Of a stretch of DNA of 64,000 nt, positions 24,314 to 35,883 are shown piece after piece; position 1 is the first letter of the stretch, and each line of letters starts with the position of its first letter. Location of the stretch: the NCBI RefSeq assembly GCF_054482525.1, contig NZ_CM137006.1; one strand, 5' to 3'. A program made the translations under genes and the position numbers. Under the pieces are notes generated by a model that did not search any database, was not told the origin of the DNA, and saw nothing but the letters and a program-made list of their open reading frames with translations.

Positions 24314-24835
24314 ATGAAACATTCATTTGAAGTAAAACTTGCCGCTGTAAATCACTACCTGGCTGGTCATGCAGGCATCATTTCTACGGCAAAACTCTTT
24401 CAACTTTCTCACACCAGCCTCTCACACTGGATTAATCTTTTTCTTCTTCACGGTCCTCGGGCACTGGATTGCAGACACAAGCGTAGCTATTCTCCTGAAG
24501 ATAAACTTTGCGTGGTTCTTTATGCTCTCGGGCATTCTGAGTCTCTACCCCGGGTAGCTGCCCGGTTTAACATTCCCAGCCACAACACGGTTAAAAACTG
24601 GATAAAAGGCTACCGCAAATCTGGTAATGAGGCCTTTATCAGGCGCAGGAAGGAGAAAAGCATGACCCGTTCTGATGATACCCATGAAAACGAGGCAAAC
24701 ATGACGCCGGAAGAGATGAAGAATGAGCTGCGTTATCTTCGCGCAGAAAATGCATATCTGAAAGCCATGCAGGAGCATCTCCTGGAAAAAAAGCGCCAGG
24801 AGCTGGAGAAAAAACGAAAGTCATCCGGAGCCTGA
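24314..24835 (+). CDS. IS3-family transposase OrfA (helix-turn-helix and leucine-zipper part)
   Basis: ORF-track 24305..24835 (GTG) with likely ATG at 24314 (MKHSFEVKL) preceded by AGGTG; ends just after the slippery heptamer A-AAA-AAG at 24787-24793. Confidence 0.85.
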   Translation: MKHSFEVKLAAVNHYLAGHAGIISTAKLFQLSHTSLSHWINLFLLHGPRALDCRHKRSYSPEDKLCVVLYALGHSESLPRVAARFNIPSHNTVKNWIKGYRKSGNEAFIRRRKEKSMTRSDDTHENEANMTPEEMKNELRYLRAENAYLKAMQEHLLEKKRQELEKKRKSSGA

Positions 24836-24939
24836 GGTGCGGACACTGCCAGTCTGACCTGTTAAAGGCTGCAGGGCTGGCCAGAAGCACGCTGTACTAC
24901 CAGCTGTCACTGCAGAAGGCTAAGGACAAGTATGCTGAT

Positions 24940-25694
<755 letters not shown>

Positions 25695-25720
25695 GTCAAG
25701 CGTCGCATCCGGCATTTTGG
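25695..25720. repeat. Distal half of the REP unit split by the IS
   Basis: GTCAAGCGTCGCATCCGGCA directly after the right IS end completes the palindrome begun at 24242-24262. Confidence 0.8.
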
Positions 25721-25730
25721 CTCAAAAGTA

Positions 25731-28343
25731 TCAAGCCAGTGCTTTAGTTATCTTCTCGTACAGATCGCCAGAGAGATTTTCCAGCCCTTTCAACTGCTCC
25801 AGCGCCGCGCGCATTTTCTCCTGACGTTTGGCATCGTAACGCTTCAGGCGAATCAGCGGCTCAATCAGGCGCGAAGCCACCTGCGGGTTACGGCTGTTGA
25901 GGTCGGTAAGCATTTCCACCAGGAACTGGTAACCGCTGCCATCTTCGGCATGGAACGCTGCCGGGTTGCTGCCCGCAAACGCGCCAATCAACGAACGAAT
26001 GCGGTTCGGGTTGCTCATGGTAAATGAGCGATGCTGCAACAGACCACGCACCGTCTCCAGCACATTTGCCGCCGGGCTGGTGGCTTGCAGGATAAACCAT
26101 TTATCCATCACCAGACCGTCCTGATGCCACTTGTCGTCGTACTCCTGCATCAGCGCGTCACGGCATGGCAGCTGTGCAGCAACCGCCGCAGAAAGCGCGG
26201 CCAGCGCATCGGTCATATTGTTTGCTTCATGGAACTGCTTGCTCACCAGCACGTCAGCCAGATGCGTTTCACCAAAAGCGAGGAAACGCAGGCAGGCATT
26301 TCGCAGAGTGCGTTTTGCAATATCTTCATGCTCAACACGGTACTCGCTCTGGTAATTCGCGTTGTAAATAGCCAGTAGCTCATCCGCCAGTTCAGTCGCC
26401 AGAGTACGAGTGAGTGCTTCGCGTACTTCAGCAATAGCAATCGGGTCGATGATATCGAACAGTTCTGCCATTTCATTGACGGAAGGCAGCGTCAGGATTT
26501 CTGCCGCCAGTGCCGGATCAATCTTCTCATCAAGCAGTACCGCGCGGAAAGCATCAGCCACATGCACCGGCAGAGACAGCGGCTGCCCTTGCTGATGACG
26601 GGCGACGTTGAGCTTGATGTAGGTTGCCAGCAGGCTTTGCGCCGCATCCCAGCGGGAGAAATCATTACGCGCATGGCGCATCAGGAAGGTCAGTTGCTGA
26701 TCGCTCCACTTATATTCCAGTTTCACTGGCGCAGAGAATTCGCACAGCAGCGCAGGCACCGGCTGAAAGTAGACATTATCAAAGACAAAGGTCTGTTCCG
26801 CCTGGGTGACGTTCAGCACCGAATTCACCGGGTGACCGCCTTTCTGCAACGGGATCACTTTGCCTTCGTTGTCATACAGTTCGATGGCAAACGGAATATG
26901 CAGCGGCTGTTTTTCTGCCTGATCCGGCGTAGCAGGCGTGCGCTGGCTGATGGTCAGGGTGTACTGCTCGGTTTCCGGATTATAGTCGTCTTTGACGGTC
27001 ACAACCGGCGTACCGGACTGGCTGTACCAACGGCGGAAATGAGAGAGATCGACATTCGACGCATCTTCCATCGCCTGAACAAAGTCGTCGCAGGTTGCCG
27101 CGCTGCCATCATGGCGCTCGAAATAGAGCTGCATCCCTTTCTGGAAGTTTTCTTCGCCCAGCAGGGTGTGGATCATGCGAATCACTTCCGCGCCCTTCTC
27201 GTAAACGGTCAGGGTGTAGAAGTTGTTCATCTCAATGACCATATCCGGGCGGATCGGGTGCGCCATCGGGCTGGCGTCTTCCGCAAACTGCAATCCGCGC
27301 ATGGTGCGCACGTTGTTGATACGGTTTACCGCGCGGGAACCAAGGTCAGAGCTGAATTCCTGATCGCGGAAGACGGTTAAACCTTCTTTCAGGCTGAGCT
27401 GGAACCAGTCGCGGCAGGTCACACGGTTACCGGTCCAGTTATGGAAATATTCATGGCCGATAACACGCTCAATATCGAGGTAATCTTTATCGGTGGCGGT
27501 GTCGGTACGGGCCAGCACATATTTGGAGTTAAAGATATTCAGACCTTTATTCTCCATTGCGCCCATATTGAAGAAATCCACCGCGACGATCATATAGATG
27601 TCGAGGTCATACTCCAGGCCGAAGCGTTCTTCATCCCATTTCATGGAGTTTTTCAGCGAGGTCATCGCCCACGGCGCACGATCAAGGTTGCCGCGATCGA
27701 CGTACAGCTCCAGCGCAACTTCGCGACCAGAACGCGTGGTGAAGGTGTCGCGCAGCACGTCGAAGTCGCCTGTCACCAGCGCAAACAGGTAGCACGGTTT
27801 CGGGAACGGGTCCTGCCACTGTACCCAGTGACGTCCGTTTTCCAGTTCGCCTTGCGCAACGCGGTTACCGTTGGAAAGCAGGAAGGGATATTTGGTTTTA
27901 TCGGCAATAATTTTGGTGGTAAAACGCGCCAGCACGTCCGGGCGGTCAAGATAATACGTAATATGGCGGAAACCTTCGGCTTCACACTGAGTGCAAAGCG
28001 CATCGCCTGACTGATAAAGCCCTTCCAGCGCGGTATTCGTCGCCGGGCTAATTTCATTAACGATCTTAAGCGTAAAACGCTCCGGCAAATTACTGATGAC
28101 CAGTGCGCCCTCTTCTTCTTTCCAGGCGGTCCACGGCTCATCATTAATATGAACAGAAACCAGTTTAAGATCTTCGCCATCAAGACGAAGCGGAGCATCT
28201 GATGCACCATGACGGACAGCCTGGCTGACCGCGGTAACGACCGTCTTTTGCGCGTCCAGGTCAAAGGTCAAGTCAATATCAGTAATCTGGTAATCCGGCG
28301 CACGATAATCGTGACGGTATTTGGCTTGTGGCTGTTGAGTCAT
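25731..28343 (-). CDS. pepN: Aminopeptidase N
   Basis: ORF track, 870 aa; M1-family motifs GAMEN and HEYFHNWTGNRVTCRDWFQLSLKEG. Confidence 0.95.
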   Translation of the reverse strand: MTQQPQAKYRHDYRAPDYQITDIDLTFDLDAQKTVVTAVSQAVRHGASDAPLRLDGEDLKLVSVHINDEPWTAWKEEEGALVISNLPERFTLKIVNEISPATNTALEGLYQSGDALCTQCEAEGFRHITYYLDRPDVLARFTTKIIADKTKYPFLLSNGNRVAQGELENGRHWVQWQDPFPKPCYLFALVTGDFDVLRDTFTTRSGREVALELYVDRGNLDRAPWAMTSLKNSMKWDEERFGLEYDLDIYMIVAVDFFNMGAMENKGLNIFNSKYVLARTDTATDKDYLDIERVIGHEYFHNWTGNRVTCRDWFQLSLKEGLTVFRDQEFSSDLGSRAVNRINNVRTMRGLQFAEDASPMAHPIRPDMVIEMNNFYTLTVYEKGAEVIRMIHTLLGEENFQKGMQLYFERHDGSAATCDDFVQAMEDASNVDLSHFRRWYSQSGTPVVTVKDDYNPETEQYTLTISQRTPATPDQAEKQPLHIPFAIELYDNEGKVIPLQKGGHPVNSVLNVTQAEQTFVFDNVYFQPVPALLCEFSAPVKLEYKWSDQQLTFLMRHARNDFSRWDAAQSLLATYIKLNVARHQQGQPLSLPVHVADAFRAVLLDEKIDPALAAEILTLPSVNEMAELFDIIDPIAIAEVREALTRTLATELADELLAIYNANYQSEYRVEHEDIAKRTLRNACLRFLAFGETHLADVLVSKQFHEANNMTDALAALSAAVAAQLPCRDALMQEYDDKWHQDGLVMDKWFILQATSPAANVLETVRGLLQHRSFTMSNPNRIRSLIGAFAGSNPAAFHAEDGSGYQFLVEMLTDLNSRNPQVASRLIEPLIRLKRYDAKRQEKMRAALEQLKGLENLSGDLYEKITKALA

Positions 28344-28561
28344 AAATAACCTTTAGCATCTTTTATAGAGTCTGGTGTTCAGTCTATTCCTGTTGCGTAA
28401 ATCGCGCTATGCAGAATCTTCATCTTTTCAGGTACAAACGCCTTTATTGCTACATTTTTATAACATACACCGCGTAATGCCATCGACCAGAAAGGTGGCA
28501 TATGGTGTGATCGGGGTTCAATAAATTGCGAAACAAGGTATACTCCAGCAGTTCCTGAAGA

Positions 28562-28579
28562 TGTTTATTGTACTAAACG
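28562..28579. promoter_or_regulatory. NadR-box-like inverted repeat upstream of pncB (TGTTTA-N6-TAAACG)
   Basis: Inverted repeat about 30 nt upstream of the pncB start; matches the NAD-repressor operator pattern as recalled; the ORF-track ATG at 28561 lies inside it. Confidence 0.5.
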
Positions 28580-28608
28580 CTCCTGTACGAGGACGCTACT
28601 GCGCACCT

Positions 28609-29811
28609 ATGACACAATTCGCTTCTCCTGTTCTGCACTCGTTGCTGGATACAGATGCTTATAAGTTGCATATGCAGCAAGCCGTGTTTCATCACTATTA
28701 CGATGTGCATGTCGCGGCGGAGTTTCGTTGCCGAGGTGACGATCTGCTGGGTATTTATGCCGATGCTATTCGTGAACAGGTTCAGGCGATGCAGCACCTG
28801 CGCCTGCAGGATGATGAATATCAATGGCTCTCAGCCCTGCCTTTCTTTAAGGCCGACTATCTTAACTGGCTACGCGAGTTCCGCTTTAACCCGGAACAAG
28901 TCACCGTGTCCAACGATAATGGCAAGCTGGATATTCGTTTAAGCGGCCCGTGGCGTGAAGTCATCCTCTGGGAAGTTCCTTTGCTGGCGGTTATCAGTGA
29001 AATGGTACATCGCTATCGCTCACCGCAGGCCGACGTTGCGCAAGCCCTCGACACGCTGGAAAGCAAATTAGCCGACTTCTCGGCATTAACCGCCGGTCTT
29101 GATATGTCGCGCTTCCATCTGATGGATTTTGGCACCCGCCGACGTTTTTCTCGTGAAGTACAAGAAACCATCGTGAAACGTCTGCAACAGGAATCCTGGT
29201 TCGTGGGCACCAGCAACTACGATCTGGCGCGTCGGCTTTCCCTCACGCCAATGGGAACACAAGCACACGAATGGTTCCAGGCGCATCAGCAAATCAGTCC
29301 GGATCTTGCCAACAGCCAGCGAGCTGCACTTGCTGCCTGGCTGGAAGAATATCCCGACCAACTTGGCATTGCATTAACCGACTGCATCACTATGGATGCT
29401 TTCCTGCGTGATTTCGGTGTCGAGTTCGCCAGTCGCTATCAGGGCCTGCGTCATGACTCCGGCGACCCGGTTGAATGGGGTGAAAAAGCCATTGCACATT
29501 ATGAGAAGCTGGGAATTGATCCACAGAGTAAAACGCTGGTTTTCTCTGACAATCTGGATTTACGCAAAGCGGTTGAGCTATACCGCCACTTCTCTTCCCG
29601 CGTGCAATTAAGTTTTGGTATTGGGACTCGCCTGACCTGCGATATCCCCCAGGTAAAACCCCTGAATATTGTCATTAAGTTGGTTGAGTGTAACGGTAAA
29701 CCGGTGGCGAAACTTTCTGACAGCCCTGGCAAAACTATCTGCCACGATAAAGCGTTTGTTCGGGCGCTGCGCAAAGCGTTCGACCTTCCGCATATTAAAA
29801 AAGCCAGTTAA
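28609..29811 (+). CDS. pncB: Nicotinate phosphoribosyltransferase PncB (400 aa)
   Basis: ORF-track 28561..29811 trimmed to the conserved start [19 protein letters not shown]. Confidence 0.9.
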   Translation: MTQFASPVLHSLLDTDAYKLHMQQAVFHHYYDVHVAAEFRCRGDDLLGIYADAIREQVQAMQHLRLQDDEYQWLSALPFFKADYLNWLREFRFNPEQVTVSNDNGKLDIRLSGPWREVILWEVPLLAVISEMVHRYRSPQADVAQALDTLESKLADFSALTAGLDMSRFHLMDFGTRRRFSREVQETIVKRLQQESWFVGTSNYDLARRLSLTPMGTQAHEWFQAHQQISPDLANSQRAALAAWLEEYPDQLGIALTDCITMDAFLRDFGVEFASRYQGLRHDSGDPVEWGEKAIAHYEKLGIDPQSKTLVFSDNLDLRKAVELYRHFSSRVQLSFGIGTRLTCDIPQVKPLNIVIKLVECNGKPVAKLSDSPGKTICHDKAFVRALRKAFDLPHIKKAS

Positions 29812-29818
29812 TATCATC

Positions 29819-29845
29819 AGGGAGCTAATCGGCTCCCTTTTTTTA
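29819..29845 (+). terminator. pncB rho-independent terminator
   Basis: Stem GGGAGC/GGCTCCC with 5-nt loop followed by a T-run immediately after the stop codon. Confidence 0.7.
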
Positions 29846-29979
29846 CCTTTAATTCCGAAATCTTTCGCTGCATTTGCGAATTCTGCTTGTCTGATTGCAG
29901 ATGCCAGGTAACATAGGTATCCCCCCATTTACGGGTGGACAAGTGTTTATTTTTTCCGACTATTAACAGAGAGAATATT

Positions 29980-31380
29980 ATGAGCGTTGTGCCTGTAGCC
30001 GACGTACTCCAGGGCCGCGTAGCCGTTGACAGCGAAGTCACCGTACGCGGATGGGTACGTACCCGCCGAGATTCAAAAGCTGGCATCTCCTTCCTCGCCG
30101 TTTATGACGGTTCCTGCTTTGATCCTGTACAGGCTGTCATCAATAATTCTCTGCCCAATTACAATGAAGACGTCCTGCGTCTGACCACCGGTTGCTCGGT
30201 CATTGTGACGGGTAAAGTCGTGGCATCGCCGGGCCAGGGGCAACAATTTGAAATTCAGGCCAGCAAGGTTGAAGTTGCTGGTTGGGTTGAAGATCCAGAC
30301 ACTTACCCGATGGCGGCAAAACGCCACAGCATTGAGTATCTGCGTGAAGTCGCTCACCTGCGTCCGCGCACAAACCTGATTGGTGCCGTCGCGCGCGTTC
30401 GCCATACGCTGGCGCAGGCGCTGCATCGCTTCTTTAACGAGCAGGGATTCTTCTGGGTTTCAACGCCACTGATTACTGCGTCTGATACCGAAGGGGCTGG
30501 CGAAATGTTCCGCGTTTCTACGCTGGATCTGGAAAACCTGCCGCGTAACGATCAGGGCAAAGTGGATTTCGACAAAGACTTCTTTGGTAAAGAGTCTTTC
30601 CTGACCGTATCTGGCCAGTTGAACGGCGAAACCTACGCTTGCGCATTGTCCAAAATTTATACCTTCGGCCCGACTTTCCGTGCTGAAAACTCCAACACCA
30701 GCCGTCACCTGGCGGAATTCTGGATGCTGGAGCCGGAAGTGGCGTTTGCTAACCTGAACGATATCGCGGGTCTGGCTGAAGCCATGCTGAAATATGTCTT
30801 CAAAGCGGTTCTCGAAGAACGCGCTGACGACATGAAATTCTTCGCTGAACGCGTAGATAAAGATGCCGTTTCACGTCTGGAACGCTTCATTGAAGCCGAT
30901 TTTGCGCAGGTGGATTACACCGACGCAGTGACCATTCTCGAAAACTGCGGCAGGAAGTTTGAAAACCCGGTTTACTGGGGCGTCGATCTCTCTTCTGAGC
31001 ATGAGCGTTATCTGGCGGAAGAACACTTTAAAGCACCGGTAGTGGTTAAAAACTATCCGAAAGATATTAAAGCGTTCTATATGCGCCTTAACGAAGACGG
31101 TAAAACCGTTGCGGCTATGGACGTTCTGGCTCCGGGCATCGGTGAGATCATTGGTGGCTCCCAGCGTGAAGAGCGTCTGGACGTGCTGGACGAGCGTATG
31201 CTGGAAATGGGCCTGAACAAAGAAGATTACTGGTGGTATCGCGATCTGCGTCGCTACGGTACTGTTCCGCATTCCGGTTTCGGTCTTGGTTTTGAACGCC
31301 TGATTGCTTACGTAACTGGCGTGCAAAACGTGCGTGATGTGATTCCGTTCCCACGTACTCCGCGTAACGCCAGCTTCTAA
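29980..31380 (+). CDS. asnS: Asparaginyl-tRNA synthetase AsnS (466 aa)
   Basis: ORF-track 29935..31380 trimmed to [13 protein letters not shown]; class II aminoacyl-tRNA synthetase sequence. Confidence 0.95.
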
Positions 31381-31393
31381 TTTAGCGTCTTCA

Positions 31394-31422
31394 AGAGCCA
31401 GCACCCGCTGGCTCTTTTTTTA
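31394..31422 (+). terminator. asnS rho-independent terminator
   Basis: Stem AGAGCCAGC/GCTGGCTCT with 4-nt loop followed by a T-run. Confidence 0.7.
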
Positions 31423-31769
31423 TCCTTTCTGTCAAGTTATCTGTTTGTTAAGTCAAGCAATCTATTTGCAACCCCACCATAACGATCATCCTGTTACGGA
31501 ATATTACACTGCAACATTTGCGCACAAAAAATAATCCGCATTCTTATTGCGGATTAGTTTTTTCTTAGCTGATAGCACAATTTTCATACTGTTTTTTGGC
31601 GTTCTGGATGTCTGAATGAGGATTTAGCGCCAGGTCGATAAAGTTTCCATCAGAAACAAAATTTCCGTTTAGTTAATTTAAATATAAGGAAATCATATAA
31701 ATAGATAAATATTGCTGTAAATATCATCACGCTTCTATGGAAATATGACGGTGTTCACAAAGTTCCTTA

Positions 31770-31840
31770 AATTTTACTTTTTGTTACATATTTTTTCTTT
31801 TTGAAACCAAATCTTTATCTTTGTAGCACTTTCACGGTAG
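31770..31840 (+). promoter_or_regulatory. ompF promoter-proximal OmpR binding region (F1-F3-like boxes)
   Basis: Tandem elements TTTACTTTTTGTTACATATTT / TTTCTTTTTGAAACCAAATCT / TTATCTTTGTAGCACTTTCAC about 150-210 nt upstream of the ompF ATG, matching the remembered K-12 ompF regulatory region. Confidence 0.65.
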
Positions 31841-31982
31841 CGAAACGTTAGTTTGAATGGAAAGATGCCTGCAGACACATAAAGACACCAAACTCTCATC
31901 AATAGTTCCGTAAATTTTTATTGACAGAACTTATTGACGGCAGTGGCAGGTGTCATAAAAAAAACCATGAGGGTAATAAATA

Positions 31983-33056
31983 ATGATGAAGCGCAATATT
32001 CTGGCAGTGATCGTCCCTGCTCTGTTAGTAGCAGGTACTGCAAACGCTGCAGAAATCTATAACAAAGATGGCAACAAAGTAGATCTGTACGGTAAAGCTG
32101 TCGGTCTGCATTATTTTTCTAAAGACAATGGTGTAAACAGTTACGGCGGAAACGGCGACAAAACTTATGCCCGTCTTGGTTTTAAAGGGGAAACACAAAT
32201 CAATTCCGATCTGACCGGCTACGGTCAGTGGGAATATAACTTCCAGGGTAACAACTCTGAAGGCGCTGATGCCCAGAAAGGTAACAAAACTCGTCTGGCA
32301 TTCGCAGGTCTGAAATTCGCTGATGCGGGTTCTATCGACTACGGTCGTAACTACGGTGTGGTTTACGACGCACTGGGTTACACCGATATGCTGCCTGAGT
32401 TTGGCGGTGACACGGCATACAGCGATGACTTCTTCGTTGGTCGTGTAGGCGGCGTTGCTACCTATCGTAACTCCAACTTCTTCGGTCTGGTTGACGGCCT
32501 GAACTTTGCCGTTCAGTACCTGGGCAAAAACGAACGTGCTGGTATTCCTGAGCGTTCCAACGGCGACGGCGTCGGTGGCTCTATCAGCTACGAATTCGAA
32601 GGCTTTGGTATCGTAGGTGCTTACGGTGCAGCAGACCGTACCGACGCCCAGGAAGCCGAATTCCGCGGTCAGGGTAAAAAAGCTGAACAGTGGGCAACTG
32701 GTCTGAAGTATGACGCGAACAACATCTACCTGGCAGCGAACTACGGTGAAACCCGTAACGCTACGCCAATTGAAGGCGGCTTCGCCAACAAAACGCAAGA
32801 CGTTCTGTTAGTTGCGCAATACCAGTTCGATTTCGGTCTGCGTCCGTCCATCGCTTACACCAAATCTAAAGCGAAAGACGTAGAAGGTATCGGTGATGTT
32901 GATCTGGTGAACTACTTTGAAGTGGGCGCAACCTACTACTTCAACAAAAACATGTCCACCTATGTTGACTACATCATCAACCAGATCGATTCTGACAACA
33001 AACTGGGCGTAGGTTCTGACGACACCGTTGCAGTGGGTATCGTTTACCAGTTCTAA
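31983..33056 (+). CDS. ompF: Outer-membrane porin OmpF (357 aa, loop-variant allele)
   Basis: ORF track; signal peptide [22 protein letters not shown], mature N-terminus [11 protein letters not shown]-terminal VYQF; differs from remembered K-12 OmpF (362 aa) mainly in predicted external loops. Confidence 0.95.
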   Translation: MMKRNILAVIVPALLVAGTANAAEIYNKDGNKVDLYGKAVGLHYFSKDNGVNSYGGNGDKTYARLGFKGETQINSDLTGYGQWEYNFQGNNSEGADAQKGNKTRLAFAGLKFADAGSIDYGRNYGVVYDALGYTDMLPEFGGDTAYSDDFFVGRVGGVATYRNSNFFGLVDGLNFAVQYLGKNERAGIPERSNGDGVGGSISYEFEGFGIVGAYGAADRTDAQEAEFRGQGKKAEQWATGLKYDANNIYLAANYGETRNATPIEGGFANKTQDVLLVAQYQFDFGLRPSIAYTKSKAKDVEGIGDVDLVNYFEVGATYYFNKNMSTYVDYIINQIDSDNKLGVGSDDTVAVGIVYQF

Positions 33057-33081
33057 TAGCACACCTCTTTGTTAAATGCCG

Positions 33082-33111
33082 AAAAAACAGGACTTTGGTC
33101 CTGTTTTTTTT
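33082..33111 (+). terminator. ompF rho-independent terminator
   Basis: Stem AACAGGAC/GTCCTGTT with 4-nt loop followed by an 8-T run. Confidence 0.75.
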
Positions 33112-33240
33112 ATGCCTTCCAGAGCAATCTCACGTCTTGCAAAAACAGCCTGCGTTTTCATCAGTAATAGTTGGAATTTTGTAAATCTCCCGTTACCCTG
33201 ATAGCGGACTTCCCTTCTGTAACCATAATGGAACCTCGTC

Positions 33241-34431
33241 ATGTTTGAGAACATTACCGCCGCTCCTGCCGACCCGATTCTGGGCCTGGCCGATCTGTTT
33301 CGTGCCGATGAACGTCCCGGCAAAATTAACCTCGGGATTGGTGTCTATAAAGATGAGACGGGCAAAACCCCGGTACTGACCAGCGTGAAAAAGGCTGAAC
33401 AGTATCTGCTCGAAAATGAAACCACCAAAAATTACCTCGGCATTGACGGCATCCCTGAATTTGGTCGCTGCACTCAGGAACTGCTGTTTGGTAAAGGTAG
33501 CACCCTGATCAATGACAAACGTGCTCGCACGGCACAGACTCCGGGTGGCACTGGCGCACTACGCGTGGCTGCCGATTTCCTGGCAAAAAATACCAGCGTT
33601 AAGCGTGTGTGGGTGAGCAACCCAAGCTGGCCGAACCATAAGAGCGTCTTTAACTCTGCAGGTCTGGAAGTTCGTGAATACGCTTATTATGATGCGGAAA
33701 ATCACACCCTTGACTTCGATGCACTGATTAACAGCCTGAACGAAGCTCAGGCTGGCGACGTAGTGCTGTTCCATGGCTGCTGCCATAACCCAACCGGTAT
33801 CGACCCTACGCTGGAACAATGGCAGACACTGGCACAACTTTCCGTTGAGAAAGGCTGGTTACCGCTGTTTGACTTCGCTTACCAGGGGTTTGCCCGTGGT
33901 CTGGAAGAAGATGCTGAAGGACTGCGCGCTTTCGCGGCTATGCATAAAGAGCTGATTGTTGCCAGTTCCTACTCTAAAAACTTTGGCCTGTACAACGAGC
34001 GTGTTGGCGCTTGTACTCTGGTTGCTGCTGACAGTGAGACCGTTGATCGCGCATTCAGCCAAATGAAAGCGGCGATTCGCGCTAACTACTCTAACCCACC
34101 AGCACACGGCGCTTCTGTTGTTGCCACCATCCTGAGCAACGATGCGTTACGTGCGATTTGGGAACAAGAGCTGACTGATATGCGCCAGCGTATTCAGCGT
34201 ATGCGTCAGTTGTTCGTCAATACGCTACAGGAAAAAGGCGCAAACCGCGACTTCAGCTTTATCATCAAACAGAACGGCATGTTCTCCTTCAGTGGCCTGA
34301 CAAAAGAGCAAGTGCTGCGTCTGCGCGAAGAGTTTGGCGTGTATGCTGTTGCTTCTGGTCGCGTAAACGTGGCCGGGATGACACCAGATAATATGGCTCC
34401 GCTGTGCGAAGCGATTGTGGCAGTGCTGTAA
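33241..34431 (+). CDS. aspC: Aspartate aminotransferase AspC
   Basis: ORF track, 396 aa; PLP fold-type I aminotransferase; starts [16 protein letters not shown]. Confidence 0.95.
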   Translation: MFENITAAPADPILGLADLFRADERPGKINLGIGVYKDETGKTPVLTSVKKAEQYLLENETTKNYLGIDGIPEFGRCTQELLFGKGSTLINDKRARTAQTPGGTGALRVAADFLAKNTSVKRVWVSNPSWPNHKSVFNSAGLEVREYAYYDAENHTLDFDALINSLNEAQAGDVVLFHGCCHNPTGIDPTLEQWQTLAQLSVEKGWLPLFDFAYQGFARGLEEDAEGLRAFAAMHKELIVASSYSKNFGLYNERVGACTLVAADSETVDRAFSQMKAAIRANYSNPPAHGASVVATILSNDALRAIWEQELTDMRQRIQRMRQLFVNTLQEKGANRDFSFIIKQNGMFSFSGLTKEQVLRLREEFGVYAVASGRVNVAGMTPDNMAPLCEAIVAVL

Positions 34432-34446
34432 GCGTTAAAAACAATG

Positions 34447-34472
34447 AAGCCCGCTGAAAAGCGGGCTTTTTT
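34447..34472. terminator. Bidirectional terminator between convergent aspC and gloC
   Basis: Stem GAAGCCCGCT/AGCGGGCTT with GAAA loop, T-run on + and A-run (T-run on minus strand) flanks. Confidence 0.7.
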
Positions 34473-34480
34473 ATGCGCCT

Positions 34481-35128
34481 TTACCAGACGGGCATTTCGT
34501 CTTGCAGGAAGGGATTATGCAGGCGCTCATAACCAAGTGTGGATAATGGTCCGTGACCCGGAATAAATGTCACGTCATCCCCCAGTGGCAGCAACTTATC
34601 TTTGATTGAAGAAATCAGTTGATTATGATCGCCACGCGGGAAGTCACTGCGCCCTACTCCGCCTTTGAAAATAACGTCGCCAGAAATCAGCAGCTTTGCC
34701 CGATCATCAAAAAACACGACATGACCCGGCGTATGCCCAGGGCAATGTAACACCTGTAAAGCCACATTCCCTATGCTGATGGTATCGCCTTCGTTCAGCC
34801 AACGATCTGGCGTCAGCGGCTGGCACTCTTCCAGACCAAACATACGACTTTGCGCAGGCAAGCCTTGCAGCCAGAACTCATCTTCTTTTTCCGGGCCAAA
34901 AACCGGCACGCCGTAATGTTGCGCCAGTTCCGCCGCTGCGCCAACGTGGTCCAGATGACCATGCGTCAGCAGGATCTGCATCAGTGTCAGGCCGCTGGCG
35001 TCAACTTCCTGTTTGATTTTTTCCGCATCGCCGCCAGGATCGACCAGTGCGGCCAGACGGGTTTGTTCACACCAGATCAATGAACAGTTCTGGGAGAATG
35101 CGGTGACCGGAATAATACGATAGTTCAT
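34481..35128 (-). CDS. gloC: Metallo-beta-lactamase-fold hydroxyacylglutathione hydrolase GloC (YcbL)
   Basis: ORF track, 215 aa; HGHLDHVG metal-binding motif. Confidence 0.9.
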   Translation of the reverse strand: MNYRIIPVTAFSQNCSLIWCEQTRLAALVDPGGDAEKIKQEVDASGLTLMQILLTHGHLDHVGAAAELAQHYGVPVFGPEKEDEFWLQGLPAQSRMFGLEECQPLTPDRWLNEGDTISIGNVALQVLHCPGHTPGHVVFFDDRAKLLISGDVIFKGGVGRSDFPRGDHNQLISSIKDKLLPLGDDVTFIPGHGPLSTLGYERLHNPFLQDEMPVW

Positions 35129-35154
35129 ACTGCCCCTGTTTCGTTAAGCGATTG

Positions 35155-35703
35155 CTACCAGTGCCGTGCTGGCCCGGTATCAATATGCACAAAGTTACTA
35201 CGTGGGTAATATCCTACACCACCTGCGCGCATAGATAACGCGGCTTTGCGAATATTGCTTAACGCGATACCTTCAATATGGAAATCCATCGCCTGCCCTT
35301 TCGTGTGATAGCTTTTCTTCGCTACTCCACGGCTGCGGGCGCGTAGTTCATTGTTGGTATCAATGGAACGATAACCGGAAATGAGTTGCACCGGTTTGCG
35401 GGTACCTAATAACCCTTGCAGGCGATACAACTGATCGAACAATCCTGGGTCGATGGACTTTATTTTGTTCGCGCGGTAATCGCGGAAAAAATGGTTAAGT
35501 TTTGCCAATTCTTCCTGAATATAGCCTCTGCCATCGAAAAACTCCGCTTTGATTGACTCTCCGGTATGAAGATTATTGAGTGTCAAAATGCGCGGGCGTG
35601 GGGTAGAGAGTGTTGCAAACGCAGGGGTCGGCAGGATGGCGGCACCGAGTGCAACGCCACCAAGCGCCAGCAGTTTGCGGCGATTAGCGTCGAATTTGTC
35701 CAT
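35155..35703 (-). CDS. mepK: Peptidoglycan L,D-endopeptidase MepK (YcbK), Tat-exported M15-family peptidase
   Basis: ORF-track 35155..35712 trimmed to MDKFDANRRKLLALGG (twin-arginine signal). Confidence 0.85.
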   Translation of the reverse strand: MDKFDANRRKLLALGGVALGAAILPTPAFATLSTPRPRILTLNNLHTGESIKAEFFDGRGYIQEELAKLNHFFRDYRANKIKSIDPGLFDQLYRLQGLLGTRKPVQLISGYRSIDTNNELRARSRGVAKKSYHTKGQAMDFHIEGIALSNIRKAALSMRAGGVGYYPRSNFVHIDTGPARHW

Positions 35704-35883
35704 GATAATCAAGTCTACAGGTCAATGTTATCGTTTATATGCACTTCTGGCGCACAAGAGGCACCTTAACCGTCAGTAAAGCTGACGTCAAGATGACTCA
35801 ACCCCAGCAGTGACGGGGGCTGCAGAGAATCGCCCCCGATCATGCTAATTATTACGACAACTGATTTCCCCGAACTGCTTCAT

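Noticed and set aside
26031-28010. Plus-strand ORFs (115-272 aa) antisense to pepN
   Set aside because: Antisense shadow frames inside an intact 870-aa M1 aminopeptidase gene; low-complexity, Arg- and His-rich products
32025-32798. 257-aa minus-strand ORF antisense to ompF
   Set aside because: Shadow ORF; ompF on the plus strand has signal peptide, porin signature and terminator
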